This document shows positions 1-12,119 of a stretch of 64,000 nt of DNA, one piece after another (within the stretch, counting starts at the first letter, position 1; each line of letters begins with the position of its first letter). The notes beneath the pieces are model-generated. The model did not search any database, was not told the DNA's origin, and saw nothing but the letters and a program-made list of their open reading frames with translations. The position numbers and the translations under genes are program-made. The DNA is from Mobula hypostoma. Taxonomy: Eukaryota. The stretch is from positions 170,688,001 to 170,752,000 of the forward strand of contig NC_086097.1 in NCBI RefSeq assembly GCF_963921235.1, written 5' to 3'.

Positions 1-787
1 TTCTGCCTGTTACTGTGCTTCGCTCAGTTCTTTACTCTTTTGTCCTGTCCCTTTCTCTCTGTGCTGCACTTTCTTTACCACCCTGCTCTAGGTGTGAAAT
101 TTGGTGTAACTCAATAAATTATACAACATCGTTTCCTTCTGTTCCCTGTGGAGATATGACTATGAAACTCCAATGTCGTTAATAGTACTTTTTTGAACGG
201 AAGCATGTCTTAATATTGAGTGTATCCAATCTAATCTTATGCTGCCATTGTGACATAGCCCCAGTTGGTGCTGTAATTTTGTTTGCTATCATTCCCGAGA
301 AAGGGGTTCCATTCCACGCTTTGTTTTCTCTGCTGTTGTTTAGTGTGAGGTGGGGGGGCCTCCCTTCTGTTCCCAGGCTGGTGGCTGGAATTGCCCCCAA
401 TTTGTTCCGGCCCTCTCCTGCCAACCACAGAATGCAGAAGGAACTCGGGTCATTAGGCTGAGCAGGAAGCCTGACCCTGGTCTGAATGCAGAAGGTTCAT
501 CCTTTCAGCTGTGCCAATCAGGCATGTGTGTGAACACATTTACTGTGGGGAGGCGGGGCAGAGGCATCCACTAGTTCAGTGATTTAAAGCAAAATTCTCT
601 TTTTTATGTCCCTCTCCTTTTTTTTATGTTATTCAGTTGTTTTTTGTTTGGCCTGAGAGCAGCTCTGCCAGCATCTGCCACCTCTCAAGCAACTGAGGGT
701 TATATCTTTTTAAAGAACTGGCAGTAATTCAGTGGCAGAGAATGAATTCTTTCAAACTGAATGTTGCAACCTTGTTTTAAAGTGCAT

Positions 788-788
<1 letters not shown>

Positions 789-827
<39 letters not shown>

Positions 828-1078
828 AAATGCAAACACAGACACAAACCCCACACACTTACTCACCTACACAAAAGCCTACCCACACACCCACAAATAC
901 AAACACAGACACACGCACAACCATCCAGAAACACACATACTGAAATAGTGACAAAAATACACCAAGTTCGATGGCCATGTAGACACAAGAACACACACAG
1001 CCAGGTATACGGATACACACGTGAACACAGACTTGCACATATTGCAAGCATGTATAGACCCACTCTGAAACACACAGA
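789..1078. repeat. (CA)n microsatellite followed by CA-rich low-complexity sequence
   Basis: Perfect CA run 789-823, then degenerate CA-rich tract; explains the HTHT/CVCV ORFs. Confidence 0.95.
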
Positions 1079-1384
1079 GGCAAAGGCATACTTACCTCCT
1101 CAGTGAGCAGCTTAAAATCTGTTCTTGTGCCAATGGATCAAAACCTTGATAGGATTTACCAAGCAAACAGGATTGAAATAGTACCGGTGAAGTCACTGCA
1201 GGAATTCTATGCAGGGTATTATGCTGCAATGTTCATTCAAGGGAGTTTAACATCTCTTACTTTACCACAGATTTCTGTCGGCAGAAAGCTGCAGCAAAAC
1301 ATGAAGATGGTACCGAGTCTCCCACTGTCATTTTAACTACAATATCCACCCTCCATGCTACAGGCAGGACATGGTTCAAGTATA

Positions 1385-1570
1385 GAAAGTGCTGGAAACA
1401 CTCAGCAGGTCAGGTAGCATCCATGGACAGAAATATGGATTTAGCATTTCAGTTCAAAGACTTCTGATGAAGATTATCCACCATGAAACATGAATTTTCT
1501 TTCTCTTTCTACAGGTACTGCCTGACCATCTGAGTGCTCCCAGTATTCTCTATATTTATTTTTGAATTCC
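1385..1570. mobile_element. Degenerate Penelope-like terminal repeat pair in inverted orientation
   Basis: Minus-strand arm (GCTGGAAACACTCAGCAGGTCAGGTAGCATC) faces a plus-strand arm (CTGATGAAG...GAAAC...CTGCCTGACCATCTGAG); same motif family as 22455-22585 and 55860-55966. Confidence 0.65.
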
Positions 1571-1932
1571 ATGTAAATGGATAGGATGGTAAAGAAGGCA
1601 TATGGTATGCTTGCCTTCATTGGTTGGGCACAAAGTAGAAGAGTCAGGAGCTCAATGGTTAAGCCACACTTAGAGTATTATGTGTAATTCTGGTTCCTTA
1701 TTACAGGAGGGATGAGGAGGGTTGGAGAGAGTGCAGAAGTTTCTGTTTAAACATCCTCTATACTGCTTGGATTAGAGGGTATCAACTTTAAGGAATGGTT
1801 GGGCAAACTTGGGTTGTTTTATATGGAGTGTATATGGCTGAGGCAAGATGTGATAGAAGTTTATAACATAATGACAGGCACAGATATACAGTCAGAAACT
1901 TCTTCCCAGGGTAGTAATGTTAAGTACTAGAT

Positions 1933-2708
1933 CAGGGATCCCCAACCTTTTTTGCACCACGGACCGGTTTAATATTGACAATATTCTTGCGGACTGGCTG
2001 ACCGGGGGAGTGGGGTGTTCAAGTCGGGTTGCAACTTTCTCAATCCCAAATAAGGGACAGAAGTAGCAGTCAAATTCCGGGACACTTGTGTTTACCCCGA
2101 GAAAGACTACCATGACCATGAAGCCTTGCGCAGGCACCTGTGTGTGCATGTGTGACATGTGTACGTGCCGATTTTTTTTCTACAAATTGGTTTTGGCTTA
2201 ATCTTCCCGATTCTGTTAATTGAAACTACACTGTACATACCTTATTTCTACTTTATATAGGCTATGTATTTATCATATCATTCCTGCTTTTACTATATGT
2301 TAGTGTTATTTTAGGTTTTATGTGTTATTGGTATGATTTGGTAGGTTATTTTTTGGGTCTGGGAACGCTCAAAAAATTTTCCCATATAAGTTAATGGTAA
2401 TTGCTTCTGCGCTTCATGCCATTTCGGCTTAGGAACGGTTTCAGAGGAACGCTCTACCTCAGCAGGGGAAATACGGGACAAGGGCGGTCCTGTATGGGAC
2501 AAACCAATTTAGCTCAATATACGGGATGTCCCGGCTAATTTGGGACAGTTGGCAACCCTATGTTCAAGTTCAACAGCGCGTGGTGGGGAATGAGGAAAGG
2601 TGCAGCTGACTGATATCGTTTCATATTGCCAAATCATATTGTTTCTTCACGGCCCCTTAGCACATGCTTTGCGGTACCGGTCCACGGCCCGGTATTTGGG
2701 GACCGCTG
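1933..2708. mobile_element. Non-autonomous hAT (Charlie-like) MITE
   Basis: TIRs CAGGGATCCCCAA / TTGGGGACCGCTG (11/13 match); 8-bp flanks TACTAGAT / TAGTAGAG consistent with a decayed 8-bp TSD at a CTAG-centred site; no ORF. Confidence 0.85.
2024..2560. mobile_element. Nested hAT MITE with TAGGGTTGCCA-type ends (Tip100-like), containing a Tigger-like fragment (~2225-2470)
   Basis: Perfect 8-bp TSD TGTTCAAG (2016-2023, 2561-2568); ends TCGGGTTGCAACT / AGTTGGCAACCCTA; repeated subterminal (C/T)GGGAC motifs. Confidence 0.85.
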
Positions 2709-3379
2709 TAGTAGAGGACATGCACTTAAGGTGTGAGAGGAAAGTTTAAAGGAAATATGTGGAGCAAGTTCTTTACACACAGAGTAGTAGGGTGCTGGAG
2801 CAGGCTGCCAAGAGTAGTAGTTAAAGCAGATATGATAGTAGTGTTTAAGAAGCCTTCAGATAGACACATGGCTATGCAGGGAATGGATGGATAGGGATCA
2901 TGTAAAGGCAAAAAGAGATTGGGCATAATTTGACACTGTGCTCAGCCCAGACACTGTGGGCCGAAGGGTCTGTTTCTGTGCTGTACTGTTCTATGTTCTC
3001 TCTTCTGTTCCAGCATGGGTTAGAAGCAGCTGACTGAGTCATGCAGCGAAAAGCTTATATTCTCAAGACCAATGTGACCAGTTGTTAGCCAGCACAACAT
3101 GAAAACACATTGTGGATTTCATCATCATAAAAATGCGGCAGATGTGAGGTTGGTCTTGATGGGGAAATTCCTCCATCTACCAATTTAACACATGTGTCAG
3201 TGGTTCAGTTCTGTGGACCCATGCCTGTGAAGAAATATACAAATATCATGGAAATAGGATCACAGCCCTAAGGAGAGATGAGGCAGGAAATGTAAACTTA
3301 TCCAGCTGGGAGGAATGCATTGCTGGGGATGTAATTGAGATAGATCGAGGTAAAACTTTTATTGGTAACATACAATCTT

Positions 3380-3555
3380 TGGGAGAGCTCAACCTTTTGA
3401 GCAATATCTGCAAGGGGGTAAGGAATTCCCAAAGTTTCGGCTCAAAACCCTTTATCAACACTAGTGTAGGGTTTTGAACCGAAATGTTGACAGTTCCTTT
3501 CACCCTACAGATGTTGCTCGACTCGCTGAGCCCCTCCAGTGGATTATTTGTTACG
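3380..3555. mobile_element. Penelope-like terminal repeat pair, inverted
   Basis: Inverted repeat TTTCGGCTCAAAACCCT (3435-3451) / AGGGTTTTGAACCGAAA (3468-3484), followed by the CAGATGTTGCTCGACTCGCTGAG..CCAG tail of this family. Confidence 0.7.
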
Positions 3556-3844
3556 CCGGAATACAGCTTTATTGTTCAAAGCTAAACATTCAAAATAAAT
3601 TTAATATCAAAGTATGTATATCTTACCATGTACTACATTAAGGTTCATTTTCTTGCAGGCATTTACAGAAAAGAAGAAATACAATAGAATTTTTTGAAAA
3701 ACTATACATAAACAGCCAAAGACTAACAAGCAACCAATGTGTAGTAGAAAATGAGCTGGGCAAATAAAAATAATATTGAGGACGTGAGTTCTGGAAGCTT
3801 TAAAAGAGAGTTTAACTCATATATAAGATCTTATAGTTAAAGAC

Positions 3845-4040
3845 GTAAAAGGGACCTGCATTTATATAGTGCCAGTCCTGGCAATGTGAGGACCCAAAGC
3901 ACGTATTGTTGAAGTAATTGTAGAGTGAAATCACTCCTGTGCTATGAGAATTGCGATAGGAAGTTTCCTGCTGGCAAGCTCTCACAGACAGTAATATTAT
4001 ATGACCATACGTTATGTTCTTTTGTGAGTGGAGCCACAAG
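3845..4040 (-). mobile_element. Ancient Deu-domain-like SINE fragment (3' tail)
   Basis: TGCATTTATATAGTGCC...CCCAAAGCAC...GCAAGCTCTCACAGACAG resembles, from memory, the reverse strand of the shark DeuSINE tail; related pieces at ~10420-10560, 17690-17930, 29830-29920, 38900-38990 and 62800-62895. Confidence 0.5.
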
Positions 4041-4184
4041 GTATCCTTCTAGGTGTTAGCATAAGGACATTATATTCAAGAGACTCTTAATATCATGGGT
4101 AACATGTAAGCAAGACTGTAGCCACAGGTGTAATGCCAGATGACTGAAGGACAACAAATATGGTACTTTTATTCAGAAAACAGT

Positions 4185-7100
4185 AAGACTATAAAACATA
4201 GGAACAGAATAAGGTTATTTGGCCCAATGACTTTGCTTGCCATTCTGTCATGTTTGATTTATTATCCCTCTGAAGCCCATTCTCCTGCCTTCTCCCATTA
4301 CCTTTGACACCCTGATGAATCAAAAACCTACCAACTTCTGCCTTAAGTATACCCAATGTTTTGGCTTGCACAGTCATCTCTGGCTAAAGGAATTTTTCCA
4401 CATCTCTGTTCTAAATGGATGGTCCTCTATTCTGAAGCTATTCCCTCTACTTTTAGACACCACCACTACAGGAAACATACACACTACATCCACTCTATCT
4501 TGGCCTTTCAATATTCAATAAGTTTCAATGAGATCCCCCACTCATTCTTTTAAGCTTTATCGAGTACAGGCCCAGTGCTATCAAACACTCCTCAGTATGA
4601 TATGTTAACCCTTTCATTTCTGGGATTATTCTCATGAACCTCCTCTGGGAACTCTTCAATTTGAGCACATCTGTTCGTAGATAAGATGCCCAAAACTGCT
4701 CACAATGCTCCAAGTGCAGTGTGACCAATGCCATATAAAGACTCAGCATTACATAATTGCTTTTATATTCTTGTCCTCTTGAAATGTATGCTAACATTGC
4801 TATTGCCTTGCTACTGCCCCCCCCCGCCTATCATTGTATTGTCTGTACACCTTGCCATAAAGCTATTAATTCCTTTGTCCAACATGAAACGAAGTAGTCT
4901 CCACAATGACCCCTGCGGAACAGCACTAGTCATTGGCTGCCAAACAGAATCCTGCCCCTTTATTCCCCCTCTTTGCCTTCTGCCTGTTAGCCAATCTATC
5001 CATGCGTGTATCTTTACCTCTTATCCTGTTAGCGGCCTCATGAAAATTGAAATAAACAACATACACTGTCTATCCTGCCTGTTAGTTTCTCAAAGAATTC
5101 CACTGATTTGCCAAACAAGATTTCCCCTCAAGGAAACCATGCTGATTTTAGCCGAGTAACACTCTCAAAATGCTGAAGGATTTCAGCAGGCCAGGCAGCA
5201 TCTTTGGAAAAGAAACGTCAACAGTACTCTTTTCCATAGATGCTGCCTGGCCTGCTGAATTTCTCCAGCATTTTGTGTGTGTTGCTTGGATTTCCAGCAT
5301 CTGCAGATTTTGTTTTTCTTTATGATTTTAGCCTCCTTTGTCACATGCCTCCAAGTAGCCCAAAAGCTCCATCTTAATAGTAATGGACTTCAACACCTTT
5401 CCAATCACTGAGGGCAGACTAACTGGCCTAAACTTTATTTTCTTCTGACTCCCTCCCTTTTTAAAGAGTGGAGTGACATTTTGCAATTTTCTAGTCCTCC
5501 GAACCATTCCGGAATCTAGTGACTCTTGAAAGGTCATTACTAATGCCTCCACAATCTCTTCAGCTGCCTCTTTCAGAATCATGGGGTACAGTTACTCTCA
5601 AACTTCCAGCTTCAAAAGCACCTTCTACTTAGTAATAATAAAGTCACACACAGTTCTGCCCCCTGAGGCTCACGCATTTCTGATAAGCGCTAGAGACTTC
5701 TACAATGAAGACTGATGCAAAATACTTAATTAAGTTCCTCTGCCATTTATTTGTCCACCATTACTATCTCTCCAGCCTAATTTTCCAACGGTCTGATATC
5801 CACTGCGGTATATCTGAAAAAAAATCTTTTGTATCCTCTTTTACATTTTTGAATAGTTTATCTTCATATTTCATTTTTTCTTTATGGCTTTATTCGTTGC
5901 ATTCTGTTGGTTTTAAAAAAGCTTCCCGATCCTCTGTCTTCCCACTAACTTTTGCTATTTTATATGCTCTTTCTCTTGCTTTTACGTTGTCTTTGACTCC
6001 CCTATCAGCCACAGTTGCCTCATCCTTCCTTTGGAATACTTCTTTATCTTTTAAATGGATCTTTCCTGTGCCTTCCGAATTTCTCCTAAAACCTCAGCCA
6101 TTGCTGTTCTGCTGTCATTCCTGCTAGTGTCCCCTTCCAATTAACTTTGACCTGCTCCTCTCTCATGCCTCTGTAATTCTCTTTATTTCACTGTAATACT
6201 GATACATCTGGTTTTATTTCTCCTTCTCAAACTACAGGTGAATTCTATTGTATTATGATCTCTGTTTCCTAAAGATTCCTGTACCTTAAGCTCCTTAATC
6301 AAATCTGGTTCATTACACAACACACAATCCAGAATTGCTGTTCCCCTAGTGGGCTCAACCACAAGCTGCTCTAAAAAGCCATCTTGTAGGCATTCAACAT
6401 ACTCCTTCTCTTGGATTCCAGCACCAACCTGATTTTCACAATTTACCGGCATATTGAAATCTCCCATGGCCATCCCCCATCACCGTTTATGCTCAGCCAT
6501 GATCGTACTAAATGGCAGTGTAGGCTTGAAAGGCCGAATGGCCTACTCCTGCACCTATTTTCTATGTTTTCTATCACAACATTGCCCTTTTTACATGCCT
6601 TTTCTATCTGTAGTTGTAATTAGCCACAACCTGGCTACTGTTTGGGGGCCTGTATATAACTCCCACCAGGGTCATTTTACCCTTACAGTTTCTTAACTCT
6701 ACCCACAAGGATTTTATATCTTCTCATCCTATGTCATCTCTTTCTAGGGATTTCATTTTGTTTTTACCAACAGAGCGACCCCATCCACTCTGCCTATTGG
6801 CCTGTCCTTTCCATACAATATGTATCCTTGGATGTTAAGCACCTAGCTATGATCTTTTAGCCATGACTCAGTGATGCCCATGCCATCATACCTACCAATC
6901 TCTAACTGAACAACATGATCATCTGCTTTATTCGGTAAACTGCATGCATTTGGATATAAAACCCTCAGCCTTCTATTTATCACCCTTCTCAATTTTGTTT
7001 CCCTGCTACTTAACTTATCCTATTTACTTTAATTTCATCTTATCATCTGCCTTTCCTTCCTCACAGTCTCACTACACACTGCCTTTGCTTGGATACCAAC

Positions 7101-7285
7101 TGTCCTATCCTCAGTGCTATCAATCCAGTTCCCATCCCCCTACCAAATTAGTTTAAACCCTCCCCATCAGCTCTAACAAGCCTATCTGCAAGGATATTTG
7201 TCTCCCTCGGGTTCAGGTGTAACTTGCCCTTTTTGTACAGGTCGTACCTTCCCCAGAAGAGATCCCCAAGATCCTGAAGTGAATC
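4185..7285 (-). mobile_element. Long decayed CR1 LINE (APE endonuclease through RT and 3' tail)
   Basis: ORF fragments MGDFN..V..ENQ (6183-6473), NVTPLFKKG..RPVSL.SV.GKVL (5328-5582), LEHCEQFW..QRRFMR (4525-4797); many stops and frameshifts. Confidence 0.92.
5154..5322. mobile_element. Palindromic Penelope-like mini-insertion with 11-bp TSD
   Basis: 48-bp inverted arms 5166-5213 / 5228-5275; TGATTTTAGCC duplicated at 5143-5153 and 5323-5333; interrupts the CR1. Confidence 0.85.
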
Positions 7286-7950
7286 ATTTAAATATTACAC
7301 ACAAAGACTGACAAACAACAAATGTGCAAAAGGAGACTAACAGTACAAATACAAAAATAATTATGATAATTAAGTAAATAAGTAAATAAATAAATAATAC
7401 TGAGAACATGGATTGTACAGTCCTTGAAAGTGAGACTAGAGCGTGTGGAATCAGTTCAGAGTCAAGGTGAGTGAAGATATCCAGATATCTACACTGGTTC
7501 AGCATCCTGAGTGTTGAAGGGTAATAACTGTTCTTGAAACCTGGTGAGTGACCTAGGCTTCTGTACCTGCTTCCCGATGGAAGCAGCAAGAGAAGATCAT
7601 GGCCAGGATGGTGGATGCTGCTTTCTAGTTGCAGGACACTGGTAGATATGCTCAGGGTCTGATCTTTGCTTGTGATGGATGGCTGTATCCATCACTTTTT
7701 GTAGGCTTTTCCATTCTTGGGCATTGGCATTTCCATACCAGGTCATGATGCAACCAGTCAGGATACTCTTCACTGTACTTCTGCAGAAGTTTGTGAAGTT
7801 TCAGATGATATGCTGAATCTGTACAAACTTCTAAGAAAGTAGAGGTGCTGTTGTGTCTTCTTTGTAATGGCACTTACAGGCTGGTTTCAGTGTAGATCCT
7901 CTGATATAACACCAAGGAATTTAAAATTACTGATAATCTACACTTGTAAT
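7285..7950 (-). mobile_element. Rex1/Babar-type LINE 3' fragment
   Basis: LLPSGSRYRSL...FKNSYYPS.LRML C-terminal motif (ORF 7284-7589) plus AT-rich 3' UTR. Confidence 0.8.
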
Positions 7951-7964
7951 AAACAATGATTAAT

Positions 7965-8330
7965 CAAAGGCAATCAATATGACTTTGCAGAGGATGATAT
8001 TGTCTGACTAATTTGTTTAAATTTTTTGAAGATGTAATAATGCAAATCAATGAGGACCGCGTGTTGTTCATGGAGGCTACATGGACTGCAGTAAAGCCTT
8101 TGCTAAGGTCCCACATGGGAGATTGGTCCATAAGTTTAGAGCACATGGAATCCAGGACGTTGGAAAACAGGATCCAAAATTGCCTTGGCAATAGGAGGCA
8201 GAGAGTGATACTGTTTGTTACATTCATTGAAGATTTTGATACGAATGTATGAGATATGGTGAGGAAGTTTGCATATGATATGAAAACCAGCAGTGGTATT
8301 TATACTGCAGAAGGTAGTCTGAGGCAACTG
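7965..8330 (+). mobile_element. CR1 RT fragment
   Basis: CLTNLFKFFEDV...IQNCLGNRRQRV...KFA.DMK motifs. Confidence 0.8.
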
Positions 8331-9162
8331 TTATTGATGAGTTTATTGTTTTATTATTGTCACTTATACTGAGATACAGTGAAAAGCTTGTCTTGTGTAC
8401 TGTTCACACAGATCAGACTATTACTGTGCATTGAGGTAGAACTAGTTAATAGAATAATACAGCACAGAAACAGGTCATTTGGCCCATCGAGTCTATGCTG
8501 ATAGAATAATAACATACAGGATAAAGTGTAACAGCTGCAGAGAAAGTGCAGTGCAGGTAGACAATAAGGTGCAAAATCTTAATGAGGTAGATTGTGAGGT
8601 TAAGAGTCCATCTTATCATACTAGGGATCCCTTTAAAAAGTCATTTAACAGTGGGATAGAACCTGTTTTTAAGCCTGGTGATACATGCTTTCAGACTTTT
8701 GTGTCTTCTGCCTGTAGGAAGAGGCAAGAAGAAAATATGGAGAGGATAGGGAATTGGTAAGCTAGGTAGATCAACAGCAAGTAGAGTTTACCTTGTTGTA
8801 TCATAACCATTAAAAATCATATCATAACCTCCCTGGTCTTGCATTCCAGCCCAGGCTAATGAAAGTTAATGAATACAAGTATGTCTTAAGCTTTCTTCAT
8901 CATATTATCTATGTGTGTTAACATCTTCATGGATTCTTGGACTTATGCCAAATCAAATCTGCCTTTCATTACTGCACTGTGATTAATTGCCCCTGTAAAT
9001 TGCTCCTGGTGTCGTTGGGTAACCATAAGGATCTGGGGAGATGTGATGGATTGATGAGAGAGAATTAGTCACAGGGAAATAAACAGGGGATTGGGACTGA
9101 TGAGTCCGCACAGAAGCGATGGGATGAATAGACTCCTGTATTCTAAGAACAATATGAGCAAT

Positions 9163-9420
9163 GGGGTAACAGTAATGTAATGGCTAAATTGATTAGCTAG
9201 TACCCTAAGGCTTACACTATTGATCGAGAGACAGAAGTTCAAAACCCGCCACGGCAGCTGGGGAAATTAAATTCAAGCCATTAAGTAAATCTGGAATTTA
9301 AAAAGCTTGAAACAGTAATAGAGATCATCAAGCTACTAGATGGTTGTTAAAAAACTGTCTGGCTCACTTATGTGCTTTAGGGAAAAAAATCTATCATCCT
9401 TACTCAGTATGACTGACACT
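9163..9420 (+). mobile_element. tRNA-derived SINE (second family)
   Basis: Box-B-like GTTCAAAACCC and AAATCTGGAATTTAAAAAGCT...GGCTCACTTATGT core; homologous copy at 11660-12005. Confidence 0.6.
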
Positions 9421-9619
9421 CAGCTGGAGGATATGGATTTCCTCAAAGTAATTTATGGAAATTGGGGAAAAAAAAGGAAAATACTGAAGGTGATCAACAT
9501 TTCAGGCAGCATCTGTGGACATATGGGTAGAGTTACTGTTTTAGCTCAGCAAATGGAAAAGTTAGACTTTTTATGTTATACTCTGAATGAGATGATGGGG
9601 GTGGGGTGGGGGGGGGGGG

Positions 9620-10160
9620 AGAAAAGGCTGGAAAGACATCCAGAGTATTGTGTACAGTTTTGTCACACTATTGTAGGAAGTATGTCATTAAGCTGGAAAG
9701 AGTGCAGAGAAGACTTATGCCAATGCTGCCAGGACTCAAGTGCTTTAGTTAAGGAAGAGGTTGGGCACTTTGGAGCATAAGAGGCTGAGGGGTGATTTTA
9801 TAGAGGTGTATAAAATAATGACAGACATGGCTAGGATGAACACACGCAGCCTTCTTTTTCCTCATAGAAATTAAGCTAAAAACTAAAGGGCATCAATTTA
9901 GGATGAAGGAGAAAGATTTAAAAGGAACCTGAGGGGCAAATTCTTCATATAGTAGGTGATGGGTGTGTAATGAGCTATCAGAGAAAGCAGTTTGGGCAAA
10001 ATAACATATAAAGTCATTTGGATAACTACATGGATAGAAAAGGTTTAGGGGGCTATGGGCCAAATGTGGACAAATGTAATCAGCTTAGGTGGGAACTTGG
10101 TTTGGCCTGGAGAAATTGGGCCAAAAGGTCTACTTCCATGGTGCATTATTCTATGGCTTT
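9620..10160 (+). mobile_element. CR1 3' fragment
   Basis: HPEYCVQF, RLRGDFIEVYKIM motifs and CR1 tail. Confidence 0.8.
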
Positions 10161-10799
10161 GGAAAATTAAATGGTGGTGCTGGGTGAAATGTCCCAGCAA
10201 AGCATTTAAATCAGCTGCAATTGGGAATGGGCTGCAAATGTTGGCATTGACAATGAGTTTATGCTATAAATGCAGGCAGATAGTGCCATAAATATCCAGT
10301 GAAGAAATAAATAAAAAAACTAAATTAGCCAGATAATATGTTTTACATAAAATGTTTTACAGAAAAAATACCTTTGAAAAATCAGCTCTTGCATTTTTTA
10401 TGTTGGACTTGAAAAACAGATGACACTTTAATTTAACCTTTCTTCCAAAATTTTGCACCTTAGGCAGTGAGGTTCTCTCTCAGTACTGCAATGGAACATC
10501 TATGCAGATTTTTGGGTTCAGGCTGTTGGAGGTGAATGTTAGCTCCCACCCTTGAGAGTCACCTCATTATCAGAACAAGACAGCCCAGAATAGATTGGCT
10601 ATGATCACATTGAATGGTGGGGCAGGCTGAAGGACAGAGTCACCTGCTGCTGCTCTAATTTTCTGAAAGAGGGTTATTCAAAGTATGAAATTCTCAGCAG
10701 ATCTGTTGGGCTATCATTACTGACCAATAACTTCATTTCAGGCGTTGGATTCTTATCACTGGGTGTAAGCTTTTAACTCAATCCATTCAATGTGTTCTC

Positions 10800-11635
10800 A
10801 TTTCAAAGTTCAAAGTAAATTCACTATCAAAATATGTACCGTATAAGTCAGCATTTACAACCCGAGATTCATTTTCTTGTGGGCTTTCACAGCAGATACA
10901 AAGAAACACATTAGAATCAATAAGAAACTACACACAAATTCAAACAACCAACCAATGTGCATTAGTAGACAAACTGCAATTAAAAAAAACAAATAACAAT
11001 AACAATACTAATAAATAAATAAATAGCATTGAGGATATAAGTTGTAGAGTCCTTGAAAATGAGTCTATAGGTTGTGGAATTAGTTCAGTGTTGAGGTGAA
11101 TTAAGTTATCCATGCCAGTTCAGAAGCCTGATGGTTGCGGAGAAATATTTGTTCCTTAACGTGGTGGTATTGAACATAAAGCTCCTGTACCTCCTTCCCA
11201 ATGACAGCAGTGAGATGGCCTTGATGATGGATACTACTTTTTTGTGGCAGTACTCCTTGTAGGTATACTCATTGGTGGTGGTGGGGGGGGGGAGGGCTTT
11301 TCTTGTGATGGACTGGGCTGTATTCACTACATTTTGTGGGCTTTTCTCTTCATGGGCAATGGTGTTTCCATACCAGGCAGGATACCCTCCAACGTACATC
11401 TATAGCAGTTTGTTATGCCAAATCTGTACAAGCTCCTAAGCAAGCAGAGGCATTGCTGCATCTTATTTGTAATGCCACTAGTATGCTGATACCTGGACAG
11501 ATCCTCGGAAATGATAATGGCAAGGAATTTAAAGTTACTGATCCTCTCCACCTCCAATCCCCTCTTCCTGTGGTCAATAATCAGCTCTTTGGTTTTGCTG
11601 ACACTGAGTGAGGGGTCGTTGTTGTGGCACATAAG
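10800..11635 (-). mobile_element. Rex1/Babar-type LINE 3' fragment
   Basis: SVSKTKELIIDHRK..VERISNFKFL (DUF1891-like) and SLGRRYRS..KYFSATIRLLN motifs. Confidence 0.85.
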
Positions 11636-11659
11636 TTAGCTGGAGCTTTCCTTGAGAAT

Positions 11660-12005
11660 GGTGGGGTTGTGGTTAAGTTAATGGACTAACAGCAAGAAAT
11701 TGGAACTGATGATTCAGAGATATGTGTTTGAATTCTGCTGTGGAACAAAGAGAATTTAAATTAAAGTAATTAAATAAATCTTGCCTAAAAGTAATAATCT
11801 TTGAATTACTGTGACAATGAAAGAACTACATTGTAAAATAAAAAAATCATTTGGTTCACTAATGTCCTACAGGGAAGGAAGTCTCTTGTCCTTACCCAGT
11901 GTGGCCTGTGTGTGTCTCCAGACCAGCTAATGGAGTTTGGTCTTAACATCCTGCTCTTAGGTAAGTAGGGATTCACCATAGATATCACATAAATTCCAAC
12001 ATCCC
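11660..12005 (+). mobile_element. tRNA-derived SINE (same family as 9163-9420)
   Basis: Shared core GGTTCACTAATGTCC..AGGGAAGGAA..CTTACCCAGTGTGGCC. Confidence 0.6.
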
Positions 12006-12119
12006 ATATTATTTATTTATTTACTATATTTTTGCGATCTGTTTATTTCTGACAAGACTAGAATTGATCAGCTATCCCTAATTACCCTTGAGGAGATGGT
12101 GGTGAGCTGCTATCTTAAA

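Larger units (their letters stand above)
1575..3005 (+). mobile_element. CR1 LINE 3' fragment, split by the hAT MITE at 1933-2708
   Basis: Decayed CR1 ORF2 C-terminal motifs (PHLEY..QFW, LERVQ, DLIEVYKIM-like); 3' tail CTGTACTGTTCTATGTTC; sequence is collinear across the insertion. Confidence 0.85.

Noticed and set aside
761..1089. His/Thr- and Cys/Val-rich ORFs
   Set aside because: Products of the CA microsatellite.
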